Assembly (NCBI GenBank): GCA_020444515.1
Contig: JAHLKX010000003.1
Coordinates: 384,997 to 448,996 of the forward strand
Direction of reading: 5' to 3'
Source of the DNA: Bacteroidota bacterium
Lineage (GTDB): Bacteria; Bacteroidota; Bacteroidia; Bacteroidales; JAADJA01
DNA: 64,000 nt
Shown here: one piece after another, positions 29,670 to 40,784 of the stretch
How the letters are laid out: every line of letters begins with the position of its first letter
How positions within the stretch are numbered: the first letter of the stretch is position 1
Position numbers and translations under genes: made by a program
The notes under the pieces: model-generated
Told to the model about the DNA's origin: nothing
The model's input: the letters and a program-made list of their open reading frames with translations, nothing else
The model's database searches: none

Positions 29670-30281
29670 ATGACAACAGAAGATACATCAAAAAATAAAA
29701 ATCAGGAGCAATATGAACTGGATACGCTGACCAATGATCGTTTGATCAAAGATCATGAATATGACGGTATCAAGGAGCTCGATAATGATCTCCCGGGCTG
29801 GTGGAAATGGTTATTTTATATTACCATTGCCTTCGGCATTATTTACCTTGTCAGAATGTGGGTATTGGATGCAGACGATCTTTATCAGGAACGTGAATAC
29901 CAGGCGGCTATGTCAGAAGCGAAAACCGCTTCACCTCAGCAAGCAGCTGAATTTGAGATCAAAGTACTCACTGACGAAGCTTCACTTGCCAGGGGTAAAG
30001 AGACCTATGACAAGATCTGTCAGGCATGTCACCTTGCCGATGGTGGTGGACTTGTTGGACCCAATATGACAGACAATTACTGGATCCATGGCAACACCAT
30101 GGAGGATATGTTCCAAATTGTTGCCAATGGGGTCATTGAAAAAGGGATGATCCCCTACAAGGATCAATTGTCGCCCACCCAGCGTCTTGAAGTGCTGAGC
30201 TATATCATTGTTAAATTACATGGAACAACACCGGCCAATCCGAAAGCACCCCAGGGAGAAGAAATGGAGTGGCCCTATTAG
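29670..30281 (+). CDS. ccoP: cbb3 oxidase subunit III (CcoP), monoheme form
   Basis: CcoP N-terminal motif HEYDGIKELDNDLPGWW, one TM helix, and a single CxxCH (CQACH). Confidence 0.85.
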   Translation: MTTEDTSKNKNQEQYELDTLTNDRLIKDHEYDGIKELDNDLPGWWKWLFYITIAFGIIYLVRMWVLDADDLYQEREYQAAMSEAKTASPQQAAEFEIKVLTDEASLARGKETYDKICQACHLADGGGLVGPNMTDNYWIHGNTMEDMFQIVANGVIEKGMIPYKDQLSPTQRLEVLSYIIVKLHGTTPANPKAPQGEEMEWPY

Positions 30282-30295
30282 TAATAGATTATTTT

Positions 30296-30333
30296 AAAAA
30301 ATTTGGCTATAGGATCCTATAGCCAAATTTTTT
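30296..30333. terminator. Perfect 38-nt palindrome (19-bp arms, A6 / T6 flanks), a bidirectional intrinsic terminator between ccoP and ccoG
   Basis: AAAAAATTTGGCTATAGGA | TCCTATAGCCAAATTTTTT, verified base by base. Confidence 0.75.
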
Positions 30334-30374
30334 GAACAAATGGTATATATGGATTAGAATTAGATGCGTTCAAT

Positions 30375-31823
30375 ATGTCAGAAAAAAATAAAAACAATCA
30401 GGGAAGTTTTCGGGATAAACTTACCACGGTAAATACCGAAGGGAAAAGGGTTTGGGTTTATCCAAAAAAACCAAAAGGTCGATTGTACAATTACCGTCAA
30501 ATTGTTGCAGGTGTATTACTCTTATTCTTTTTTATTGCTCCTTTTATTAAATACAAAGGCGATCCGATTTTACTGTTAAATGTGATCGAACGCAAGTTCA
30601 TTATTTTCGGGATCATCTTCTGGCCACAGGATTTTCACCTCATTGTACTGAGCATTATTTCTCTGCTGGTTTTCATTATTTTATTTACGGTTATTTTCGG
30701 ACGCATCTTTTGCGGTTGGGTTTGTCCCCAAACTATTTTTATGGAGTTTGTCTTTCGGCGCATTGAATACCTGATCGAAGGTGATTTTCATAAACAGAAA
30801 AAACTGGCCCGTCAGGATTGGAATTTTGAAAAAATATGGAAGAAAACCCTGAAACACGCCATATTTTATGTCTTTGCCTTTGCTGTAGCCAACACTTTTC
30901 TGGCATACCTTGTGGGCATCGATCGACTTAAATTATTGATCACTGATGGTCCCTTTCAGCATACATTCAGCTTCCTGGCCATTGTCATTTTTTCAGGTGT
31001 ATTTTATTTCATTTTTGCGTTTTTCAGGGAACAGGTATGCACCATTGCCTGTCCCTATGGCCGTTTACAAGGGGTTTTGCTGGATGAAAAATCCATCGTG
31101 GTAGCCTATGATCACAAAAGGGGCGAGCCCAAAGGCAAATACAATCCGCTGGAAGATCGGGAAGTATCAGGAAAAGGTGATTGTATTGATTGCCAAAGCT
31201 GTGTAGTGGTTTGTCCGACCAACATCGACATCCGCAATGGTACGCAACTTGAGTGTATCAATTGCACCGCTTGCATCGATGCTTGTGATGCTGTGATGGA
31301 CCGCATTAAAAAACCCAGGGGGCTAATACGCTACGATTCCGAAAAAGGAATCTTGGAGGGAACCCGCACAATCTTTACCCCCCGTGCCATTGCTTATTCA
31401 ACTTTTCTCACCATTTTGCTGGTATTGGTAGGTACATTATTTGCCTTTCGCACGGATTTTGAAACGACCATTCTACGGCAACGCGGAACCCTTTTCCAGG
31501 AATACGGTGAAGACAGCTATAGCAATATTTATCAGGTAGAGATCGTGAACAAGACCCGCAAATCACACCAGGTGGAAGTGAAACTACTTGAACCTCAAGG
31601 AGAAGTTATTACCATGGGCGATGACTTAGTTGTGGATAAAGGCGAGGCTAAATCGGGAAGTTTTCTTGCAGTACTCAAAAAAAATCAACTCAGATCGTCA
31701 AATACCAAATTAAAATTCGGGATCTATTCCGATGGGGAAATGATCGAAGAATATATGGTAACCTTTATCGGACCCAATAAACTTGATAAAAGTCAGGACA
31801 ACAATAGTGATAATTTAAAATAA
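30375..31823 (+). CDS. ccoG: Cytochrome c oxidase accessory protein CcoG/FixG (4Fe-4S ferredoxin-type)
   Basis: CGWVCPQT, CIDCQSCVVVCP and CINCTACIDAC cluster motifs, plus TM helices. Confidence 0.9.
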   Translation: MSEKNKNNQGSFRDKLTTVNTEGKRVWVYPKKPKGRLYNYRQIVAGVLLLFFFIAPFIKYKGDPILLLNVIERKFIIFGIIFWPQDFHLIVLSIISLLVFIILFTVIFGRIFCGWVCPQTIFMEFVFRRIEYLIEGDFHKQKKLARQDWNFEKIWKKTLKHAIFYVFAFAVANTFLAYLVGIDRLKLLITDGPFQHTFSFLAIVIFSGVFYFIFAFFREQVCTIACPYGRLQGVLLDEKSIVVAYDHKRGEPKGKYNPLEDREVSGKGDCIDCQSCVVVCPTNIDIRNGTQLECINCTACIDACDAVMDRIKKPRGLIRYDSEKGILEGTRTIFTPRAIAYSTFLTILLVLVGTLFAFRTDFETTILRQRGTLFQEYGEDSYSNIYQVEIVNKTRKSHQVEVKLLEPQGEVITMGDDLVVDKGEAKSGSFLAVLKKNQLRSSNTKLKFGIYSDGEMIEEYMVTFIGPNKLDKSQDNNSDNLK

Positions 31824-31830
31824 CAATGAC

Positions 31831-32286
31831 ATGAAGATTATCTGGAACTGGGGTACAGGCATATTGATAGGGATTATTCTCTTTATGTTATTCATAATTG
31901 GATTGGTATACATCGCTGTGAAACAGGACTTCGATCTGGTTGAAAAGGACTATTATCCCAAAGCACTTGAATACCAGCAACAGATTGATAAGGAGGGGAA
32001 TGCACGAACACTGGCACAACAAATTCAAATTGAAAACATTGGAGGACAAATCATTTTGACTTTTCAGTCTTTCTTTCAACCAAAGGATATTTCCGGCCAA
32101 ATCACTTTTTACAGGCCATCTGACAAAAAATCTGATATTCGTTTTGAAATTGAAGCAGACAGCAGTGGTCAGCAGAAAATAGCAGAAAACCTTCTGAACA
32201 CCGGTAAGTACATTTTACAAATCGATTATCAGGTAAATGGAAAGGCCTATTACCAGGAAGGTCCCGTTTATATTAACATGTATTAG
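31831..32286 (+). CDS. FixH/CcoH family protein
   Basis: N-terminal TM helix followed by the DFDLVEKDYYPKALEYQQQID region typical of FixH. It is positioned after ccoG. Confidence 0.75.
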   Translation: MKIIWNWGTGILIGIILFMLFIIGLVYIAVKQDFDLVEKDYYPKALEYQQQIDKEGNARTLAQQIQIENIGGQIILTFQSFFQPKDISGQITFYRPSDKKSDIRFEIEADSSGQQKIAENLLNTGKYILQIDYQVNGKAYYQEGPVYINMY

Positions 32287-32294
32287 CAAAAGAT

Positions 32295-33026
32295 ATGGAA
32301 CTAATTACAGCATTCACCATAGGATTGATCGGTAGTTTACACTGTCTTGGGATGTGTGGTCCCATAGCTGTGGCCATACCCTTGCAAAAACACAACTGGC
32401 CCCTGAAAATTGCTGGCGGGCTTCTTTATAACATTGGAAGAACCATTACCTACGGGATCATGGGCGGTATCTTTGGCTTATTAGGTCAGGGTATCAAACT
32501 GGCAGGGTTGCAACAATGGGCTTCCATCGGACTGGGAATTATCATGATCGTTTCGGTCTTGTTTCCAGTGGTATTTCGCGAAAAGATCAATCTTGACAAA
32601 TTATTTTCAGGCTATGCCAGCCGGTTGATCGGACGATTCCGTAATCTTTTTAAAAACCATTCGATGCAATCCCTGCTTTTCATCGGGCTAATGAATGGAC
32701 TTTTGCCTTGCGGACTCGTTTACATGGCCCTTGCCGGCGCCATTAACACCAATGATGTAATGCTGGGCGTTGCCTTTATGGTGATGTTTGGATTAGGCAC
32801 TACACCGGCGCTGTTGGTTTTATCACTGGCCGGCAATGTTGTTAGTGCCGGACTGAGAAGAAAAGTAAGTAAAGTAGTGCCTGTATTTATTGTTATTCTT
32901 GGAATCATATTCATTTTACGAGGACTAAGTTTGGGTATTCCTTATATCAGCCCACCAGCAGAAAAACTGGAATTGAATCATGGAGTAAAAATGGATATGC
33001 GCATGGATGAGCCATGCTGTCATTGA
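32295..33026 (+). CDS. TauE/SafE-like (DsbD_2-type) membrane protein associated with cbb3 clusters
   Basis: Motif GSLHCLGMCGPI, a polytopic membrane protein. Confidence 0.7.
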   Translation: MELITAFTIGLIGSLHCLGMCGPIAVAIPLQKHNWPLKIAGGLLYNIGRTITYGIMGGIFGLLGQGIKLAGLQQWASIGLGIIMIVSVLFPVVFREKINLDKLFSGYASRLIGRFRNLFKNHSMQSLLFIGLMNGLLPCGLVYMALAGAINTNDVMLGVAFMVMFGLGTTPALLVLSLAGNVVSAGLRRKVSKVVPVFIVILGIIFILRGLSLGIPYISPPAEKLELNHGVKMDMRMDEPCCH

Positions 33027-33379
33027 GACATGCATTTACCCCAAATTCTTTTTTCTGCTCTCAATTGATTATTTTAAGAAGGTATCATTCAAGGGAATTT
33101 CATCAACTTTCATCTATTTACTCATTGCTATTTATTGTTGATTCTTGACAACTAAACGATTTCTTTAGTAACTTTAACAATTCAGATTAAACATATGATC
33201 TAATGTCATGTTTGAGAATTAATAGTTTTAATTTTTCAAAACCCTTAAAGTAATTTTTTATTAAAAACCAAATGCTACAATTTAGGACCATTTAAACCAG
33301 TGAACTATAAGTAATTCTTATAACTATACAATTTTTAATAATAACAATTATAGTTAATTTGACCAAAATATTAAACTAA

Positions 33380-35632
<2,253 letters not shown>

Positions 35633-35654
35633 TGAATCTATTTATATGGCTTTT

Positions 35655-35685
35655 AAAGGCGGTTCAAGTCGGACCGCCTTTATTA
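35655..35685 (+). terminator. Intrinsic terminator after katG
   Basis: Stem AAAGGCGGT (35655..35663) pairs with ACCGCCTTT (35673..35681), followed by the T-rich ATTATT. Confidence 0.55.
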
Positions 35686-35859
35686 TTAAGAACAGGTTTA
35701 TTTTAGATCCTTATGGAATGATTTAACAAAAGCTGGAAACTGGTTCAGTTTAGTAATTAAACAAAGGGAAGTCGGGGCATGGAATGCACCCTGCAAAATT
35801 TTGCAGTGCACAATTTAACTTATACTAATGGGAACAGAATTAATCGGACATTTCAGGCA

Positions 35860-36864
35860 CTATTTCGAAATACCGATTCTTTCTCCTACTTTCACTGACG
35901 TTTCGTAACCGTTTTGTGTATTCCTCAGCAAATCGTCATCCAGCTGAATTTGATTTTTTTCGAATAACAGCACCACCGTGGAACCTCCAAATTTAAAATA
36001 CCCCTTCTCCTCCCCCTTTTTTACAAAATCCCCTGTATAGGTCTGTTCGATACTTCCCACCATGGTGGCACCTACCTCGGCCATGATCACATCACCAAAA
36101 AGAGGGTTCGATATCATCGTGTATGCTCTTTTGTTGATTATGAAGATCTCAACCATATCGCGCAATGCGATGGGGTTAACCGAATAATACCATCCATCGA
36201 TTCGGGTGACAGGAGATACCCTGCCACCAACGGGGAAATGAAAACGGTGGTAATCAGGAGGGGCCACCCTGACAATGACCATTGAACCCGCTGCATAGTT
36301 TTTTGCAAGATCGGTATTCTGCAAAAATGAGGCAACATCAAAACGGTATCCCTTGATGATAAAATCGCTGTTGGCAATATTTTGATACGCCAATATTTTA
36401 CCATCTGCGGGCGACACGGCAATTGTTGAATCATCATTTACAGGTCGGGCACCAGTTTTAAGTTTCCTGGTAAAAAAATCATTGAATGAGGTGAATTCCT
36501 GTCTTTTTGCAATGCTTAAATCAATATCATATTCTTCAACAAAAGGTTGTATTCTTTTGACTGATGAAGGACGATCCATCATGTTGCCATACATTGACGA
36601 AACCACTTTTCTTTTAACCAATGCCCACAAGGTCGCTTCTCCAACAGGATTATTATAGAGCCAAACCAACCAATTTTCTCCGGCCACTTTTTCCGTCTTT
36701 ATCTGTCCACTTTCCCTCTCAAAGTATTGTATAGGGTCTTGCGGCGGCAATGGATAAAAGGTCAGGATAGCAAAGGCGGAAAGCAATATCAAGATGACAC
36801 CCCAACGCTTTTTGTATTTTGCTAATTTCATTCTTGCTATGTTGGAAAGCAAATATACAATCAT
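35860..36864 (-). CDS. psd: Phosphatidylserine decarboxylase proenzyme
   Basis: C-terminal self-cleavage motif FKFGGSTVVLLFE (GST). The N-terminal membrane anchor makes the alternative start at 36831 (MKLAKYKKRWG) plausible. Confidence 0.85.
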   Translation of the reverse strand: MIVYLLSNIARMKLAKYKKRWGVILILLSAFAILTFYPLPPQDPIQYFERESGQIKTEKVAGENWLVWLYNNPVGEATLWALVKRKVVSSMYGNMMDRPSSVKRIQPFVEEYDIDLSIAKRQEFTSFNDFFTRKLKTGARPVNDDSTIAVSPADGKILAYQNIANSDFIIKGYRFDVASFLQNTDLAKNYAAGSMVIVRVAPPDYHRFHFPVGGRVSPVTRIDGWYYSVNPIALRDMVEIFIINKRAYTMISNPLFGDVIMAEVGATMVGSIEQTYTGDFVKKGEEKGYFKFGGSTVVLLFEKNQIQLDDDLLRNTQNGYETSVKVGERIGISK

Positions 36865-37092
36865 AACATCTATTTAAACAGGGTTAAATAATTATCTTAT
36901 GCAGATCCCTGTCCAAAACGAGTATATCCGTGTTTTTTTTCAGTGGTTCGAATCTTCAAAACGAGATAATAATTAATTATAAATAATCCAGGAATTTGGG
37001 AAATAGGGACAAGAGTAACAATCTTCAAACAGCGGATTCAATATCACGACGGAATAAGAAACTAAAAGAGAAAAAGGCATGGTTCCAAAGAT

Positions 37093-38370
37093 TTAAAAGT
37101 TAAAATGGGTTCGCAAACCAAAGACTGTTAAATTTTGATCAGAACCGCCAGTATTCCAGACATATTGAAAATTGGGAGAGAGATGAACCCAGTCATTGAG
37201 CTGGTATCTTATATAAACTTCGAAGAGACTTTCTATGCTCAGATTAGAATCATATGGAGTGTTTTCGCCATAGGCTGTTCCGATGGCCAGGGCTGCCATG
37301 CCTAGTTTTGTATAAAACCTGAACCCCGCACTCCATGATGATTTAATTGGCCAGTAACTGGCAATACTATCCAGGTTTTGACCATATCGACCAAAAATAT
37401 TGTATTTACCAAAAAGCAATTCGTCGAAGCTAATTCCCCACCCATATGAATAATTGGCCTGGGGAACCTGATATCCATAAAAACGAATATTGGCCTCAAA
37501 ATCAGATTCCGGGGCAAAAGTCCAGCCGAGACTCGCAATTTTATATAGCTCATCAAAAATATCAGCTCCTTTGTTTTCCTGGCTTGACATACCGAATTGT
37601 ACATGAAATCGTTTTAAGAAGGTAGTTCTGAGGCGGAGACCAGGTGCATTAAAAGGAACAGCGAAAGAAGAATTGTTAACAAACGAACCACTGATAAATT
37701 GCATGGTTTCATCATTTGCAGAAGCATTGTTATCGAAATAGTTGGTTAGATCAATTTTCCCAACAGTTATGGTGAAGGTTTCTTTACACATATTGAATTC
37801 TCCCCATGCTTCAAGGATATTAATTCTGTCAATACCATCCGGTGATTGATAGGAACCAGCATCATCATTTAATCCTGAAAATGAAGGATATTTTTGGTCG
37901 GGACCATCACCGCCAATGGCCTCCATATCAACAAAAAGTAAAGTCCCTTTTCCGAAAGAAGTTGTTGCAAAAATGTCAAACGAACCTGAGGCAAATGAAT
38001 TAAGAGTATCTTTCTGTTTGGTAAATTGCATGATCGAAGTAACACTGCCATTAAATAAAAGTCTTCCAGGTTGCTGAGTCATGGCCTGTAGAAGTGCATC
38101 CACCCTTTTACGGCGCGATCGGGCGTTAAAACTGGAAGATTCCACATCCTGATCTCCAAATATGGCCATCAATTCATCAACATTAGATTGCTCTTCCAGC
38201 CTGCTTTGTTTGATTTCATTCAGTTCATCATCCATGCGATTTATCGTTCTTTTCAGTGAGTCTACATCCTGTTCCAGTTTATATATTTGTTTGGATTGAA
38301 CTGTATCATTGACCTGCGAATAAATCAAGGCCGGGCATAAGAGCAGTAAGATAAATAGTCCTTTTTTCAT
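37093..38370 (-). CDS. Outer-membrane porin-like beta-barrel with N-terminal coiled coil
   Basis: Signal peptide, a heptad-like segment (KLEQDVDSLKRTINRMDDELNEIKQ), alternating beta-strand pattern, and C-terminal GLRTHFNF ending in Phe. Confidence 0.6.
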   Translation of the reverse strand: MKKGLFILLLLCPALIYSQVNDTVQSKQIYKLEQDVDSLKRTINRMDDELNEIKQSRLEEQSNVDELMAIFGDQDVESSSFNARSRRKRVDALLQAMTQQPGRLLFNGSVTSIMQFTKQKDTLNSFASGSFDIFATTSFGKGTLLFVDMEAIGGDGPDQKYPSFSGLNDDAGSYQSPDGIDRINILEAWGEFNMCKETFTITVGKIDLTNYFDNNASANDETMQFISGSFVNNSSFAVPFNAPGLRLRTTFLKRFHVQFGMSSQENKGADIFDELYKIASLGWTFAPESDFEANIRFYGYQVPQANYSYGWGISFDELLFGKYNIFGRYGQNLDSIASYWPIKSSWSAGFRFYTKLGMAALAIGTAYGENTPYDSNLSIESLFEVYIRYQLNDWVHLSPNFQYVWNTGGSDQNLTVFGLRTHFNF

Positions 38371-38748
38371 ATAACTTTCGAGAATATCGTTTTATTCAAC
38401 TTCATCATCTTGAGAAAATTTCAGGGTTAAACGTGATCATACGACAAATACAGCCTTGTGGTGGTAATGAATAAAAGTTCCGGATGACAAAAATGACCAG
38501 CACTAAAAAGATTATACACCACCGCCTTTTGGATTTTGTGCTTTTCATTATTAGTTTTTGCCTTAAATAACAAATATAAAACAAAGTCCAATAAATTATA
38601 GTGAATAAATTTTGAAAATAACCATAATTAATAGCCTGATAATAGCTTGTTGAAAATAGGAATAGGAGAAATGAAATCAATTGAATGTTGACGCAATAAG
38701 GTAGACAAAAGAAAGGATAAAAGACTTTGATACGTTCTTATTCAATTT

Positions 38749-38970
38749 CTAAATATCCTTGTTTGCTTTAAAAAGGTTCCACATTATGTTTCCCCAAATT
38801 AATCCTCCACCAAAACCGATCAGTGCAATATAAAGGATTAACCTGAGAAACGTATTTAGCGATAAATCCACGTTATTGTAAACTTCAAGCAACAAGAAAG
38901 TAACTAGTGCAGTAGGCAGACCGAAGCACAATATCCCCTTTTTTAAAAGGAAAGTTTTTTTGGCCGTCAT
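38749..38970 (-). CDS. Small two-TM membrane protein (hypothetical)
   Basis: 73-aa ORF with two clear hydrophobic helices, on the same strand as the porin gene. There is no homology evidence. Confidence 0.35.
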   Translation of the reverse strand: MTAKKTFLLKKGILCFGLPTALVTFLLLEVYNNVDLSLNTFLRLILYIALIGFGGGLIWGNIMWNLFKANKDI

Positions 38971-39114
38971 AAAACAAATAATTTAAACCAAAAATATATA
39001 AAATATCATAAAAATGCCATATTTATACATTAACCATTTTCCCATATTAAAAATAGGATTATTTAAAGTTTATATCATTAACAAATTCTTAACATATCCA
39101 AAAATAGAATTGAG

Positions 39115-39122
39115 TATTTTTG
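39115..39122 (+). promoter_or_regulatory. -7 promoter box TATTTTTG upstream of the trp leader
   Basis: Exact TAnnTTTG match, 21 nt upstream of the leader ATG at 39144. Confidence 0.5.
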
Positions 39123-39143
39123 CTTTCTAATTCAAGAAAAAAT

Positions 39144-39203
39144 ATGACACTAATTTCTTCAAATACCTGGTGGTGGCGCAACACAATCTTCCTTGTGTCG
39201 TGA
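39144..39203 (+). CDS. Trp leader peptide (19 codons, three consecutive Trp codons)
   Basis: ATG ACA CTA ATT TCT TCA AAT ACC TGG TGG TGG CGC AAC ACA ATC TTC CTT GTG TCG TGA translates to MTLISSNTWWWRNTIFLVS. The TGG triplet lies at 39168..39176. Confidence 0.75.
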   Translation: MTLISSNTWWWRNTIFLVS

Positions 39204-39242
39204 CCGGAGTATTTGCAGAATAAGATAAATAAGATAATTATC

Positions 39243-39275
39243 AGAGGCGTGCCGGAAATGGCACGCCTTTTTTTG
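39243..39275 (+). terminator. Attenuator terminator between the leader peptide and trpB2
   Basis: AGGCGTGCC (39245..39253) pairs with GGCACGCCT (39260..39268). A T-run follows to 39274, and the trpB2 ATG is 26 nt further on. Confidence 0.8.
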
Positions 39276-39300
39276 TTTAACCAATTTAATATTTCAGATT

Positions 39301-40665
39301 ATGAGAAAAATGAGAAAAGTGATTTTGAGCGAGAAAGAGATGCCAACACAATGGTATAACATTCAGGCTGATATGCCTAACCCCATGCAGCCACCATTGC
39401 ATCCGGTCACCCGGCAACCGGTCGGACCTGATGACCTGGCACCTTTGTTTCCCATGGAGTTGATCATGCAGGAGGTTTCACAGGAAAGATACATCGACAT
39501 TCCTGAAGAGGTTCAGGACATCTATAAAATCTGGCGTCCCAGCCCGCTGATCCGCGCCATCAATTTTGAGAAAGCATTGGATGCGCCTGTCAAAATATAC
39601 TATAAAAATGAAAGTGTGAGTCCGGCCGGATCGCATAAACCCAATACAGCCGTTCCGCAGGCTTATTACAATTATAAAGAAGGAGTGAAAAAGCTCACCA
39701 CCGAAACAGGCGCCGGACAATGGGGCAGTGCCCTTGCCTTTGCCTGTGGCTTTTTCGGCATTGAATTGCAGGTATTTATGGTGAAGGTGAGCTTCGATCA
39801 GAAACCTTATCGCAAATCGATGATGAATACCTGGAATGCCAATGTAGTAGCCTCACCCAGCAACCTAACACAGGCTGGAAAGAAAATTCTGTCCGAACAT
39901 CCTGATTCACCGGGCAGCCTCGGTATTGCCATTTCGGAAGCCATTGAAGCAGCCGTCAGCGATCCGGGCACCAAATACAGCCTTGGATCTGTATTGAACC
40001 ATGTACTGCTGCATCAGACCATCATCGGGCAGGAAGCACTGAAACAATTTGAAATTGCAGAGGATTATCCCGACGTCGTAATTGGTTGCTTTGGTGGTGG
40101 ATCTAATTTTGCGGGGATATCGTTTCCTTTTGTCAGGGAAAACCTGACAAACGGGAAATCCGCTCGCATTGTTGCAGTTGAACCTAAGTCATGCCCTAAA
40201 CTTACCCGTGGAAAATTTACTTACGACTTTGGAGATACGGTAGGTATGACACCTCTCATTCCAATGTTCACGCTAGGGCACAATTTTATGCCACCGAAGA
40301 TCCATGCCGGCGGATTGCGGTATCATGGTGCCGGACCTATTGTGAGCCAGTTGCTGAAGGACAAGTTGATCGAAGCTTCGGCTGTGCCGCAGAAGGAGTG
40401 TTTTGAAGCCGGTGTAAAATTCGCCCGCTCCGAAGGGATTATTCCCGCACCTGAAACGACGCACGCCATCGCACAGGTGATCCGGGAGGCCGAACAGGCC
40501 AAACGAGAGGGCAAATCAAAAACAATCCTTTTCAACCTTTCCGGTCACGGACTGGTGGATATGGCAGCATATGATCAGTATTTTGCCGGTGGACTGGAAG
40601 ATTTCTCCATCTCGCAGGAAGAGATCGAAGCAAGTGTGAGGAGTTTGGAGGTGGTACCAGCGTAA
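39301..40665 (+). CDS. trpB: TrpB-like PLP-dependent enzyme (tryptophan synthase beta, TrpB2 clade), stand-alone
   Basis: 454 aa. The PLP-lysine region reads [19 protein letters not shown], and the N-terminal extension [14 protein letters not shown] is typical of TrpB2. There are no adjacent trp genes. Confidence 0.85.
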   Translation: MRKMRKVILSEKEMPTQWYNIQADMPNPMQPPLHPVTRQPVGPDDLAPLFPMELIMQEVSQERYIDIPEEVQDIYKIWRPSPLIRAINFEKALDAPVKIYYKNESVSPAGSHKPNTAVPQAYYNYKEGVKKLTTETGAGQWGSALAFACGFFGIELQVFMVKVSFDQKPYRKSMMNTWNANVVASPSNLTQAGKKILSEHPDSPGSLGIAISEAIEAAVSDPGTKYSLGSVLNHVLLHQTIIGQEALKQFEIAEDYPDVVIGCFGGGSNFAGISFPFVRENLTNGKSARIVAVEPKSCPKLTRGKFTYDFGDTVGMTPLIPMFTLGHNFMPPKIHAGGLRYHGAGPIVSQLLKDKLIEASAVPQKECFEAGVKFARSEGIIPAPETTHAIAQVIREAEQAKREGKSKTILFNLSGHGLVDMAAYDQYFAGGLEDFSISQEEIEASVRSLEVVPA

Positions 40666-40676
40666 ATTTATACAAT

Positions 40677-40768
40677 CTCTGTGGCTCTCTGTGCCTTCTC
40701 TGTGAACCTCTGTGTAACGAAGGGTTATTTCACGGGGAGCCACAGAGAACCTCAGAGGCGCGCAGAGA
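40677..40768. repeat. Intergenic repeat element: four direct CTCTGTG copies opposed to CACAGAG/CAGAG copies, with a 12-bp inverted repeat
   Basis: CTCTGTG at 40677, 40687, 40698 and 40708. TCTCTGTGGCTC (40676..40687) is the reverse complement of GAGCCACAGAGA (40737..40748). The element lies between convergent genes. Confidence 0.8.
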
Positions 40769-40784
40769 AAATGAAATTAAAAAA

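Noticed and set aside
35791-35806. Palindrome CTGCAAAATTTTGCAG between katG and psd as a terminator.
   Set aside because: The centre is AT-only, there is no flanking U-tract on either strand, and katG already has a better hairpin at 35655..35685. I kept it only as a note.
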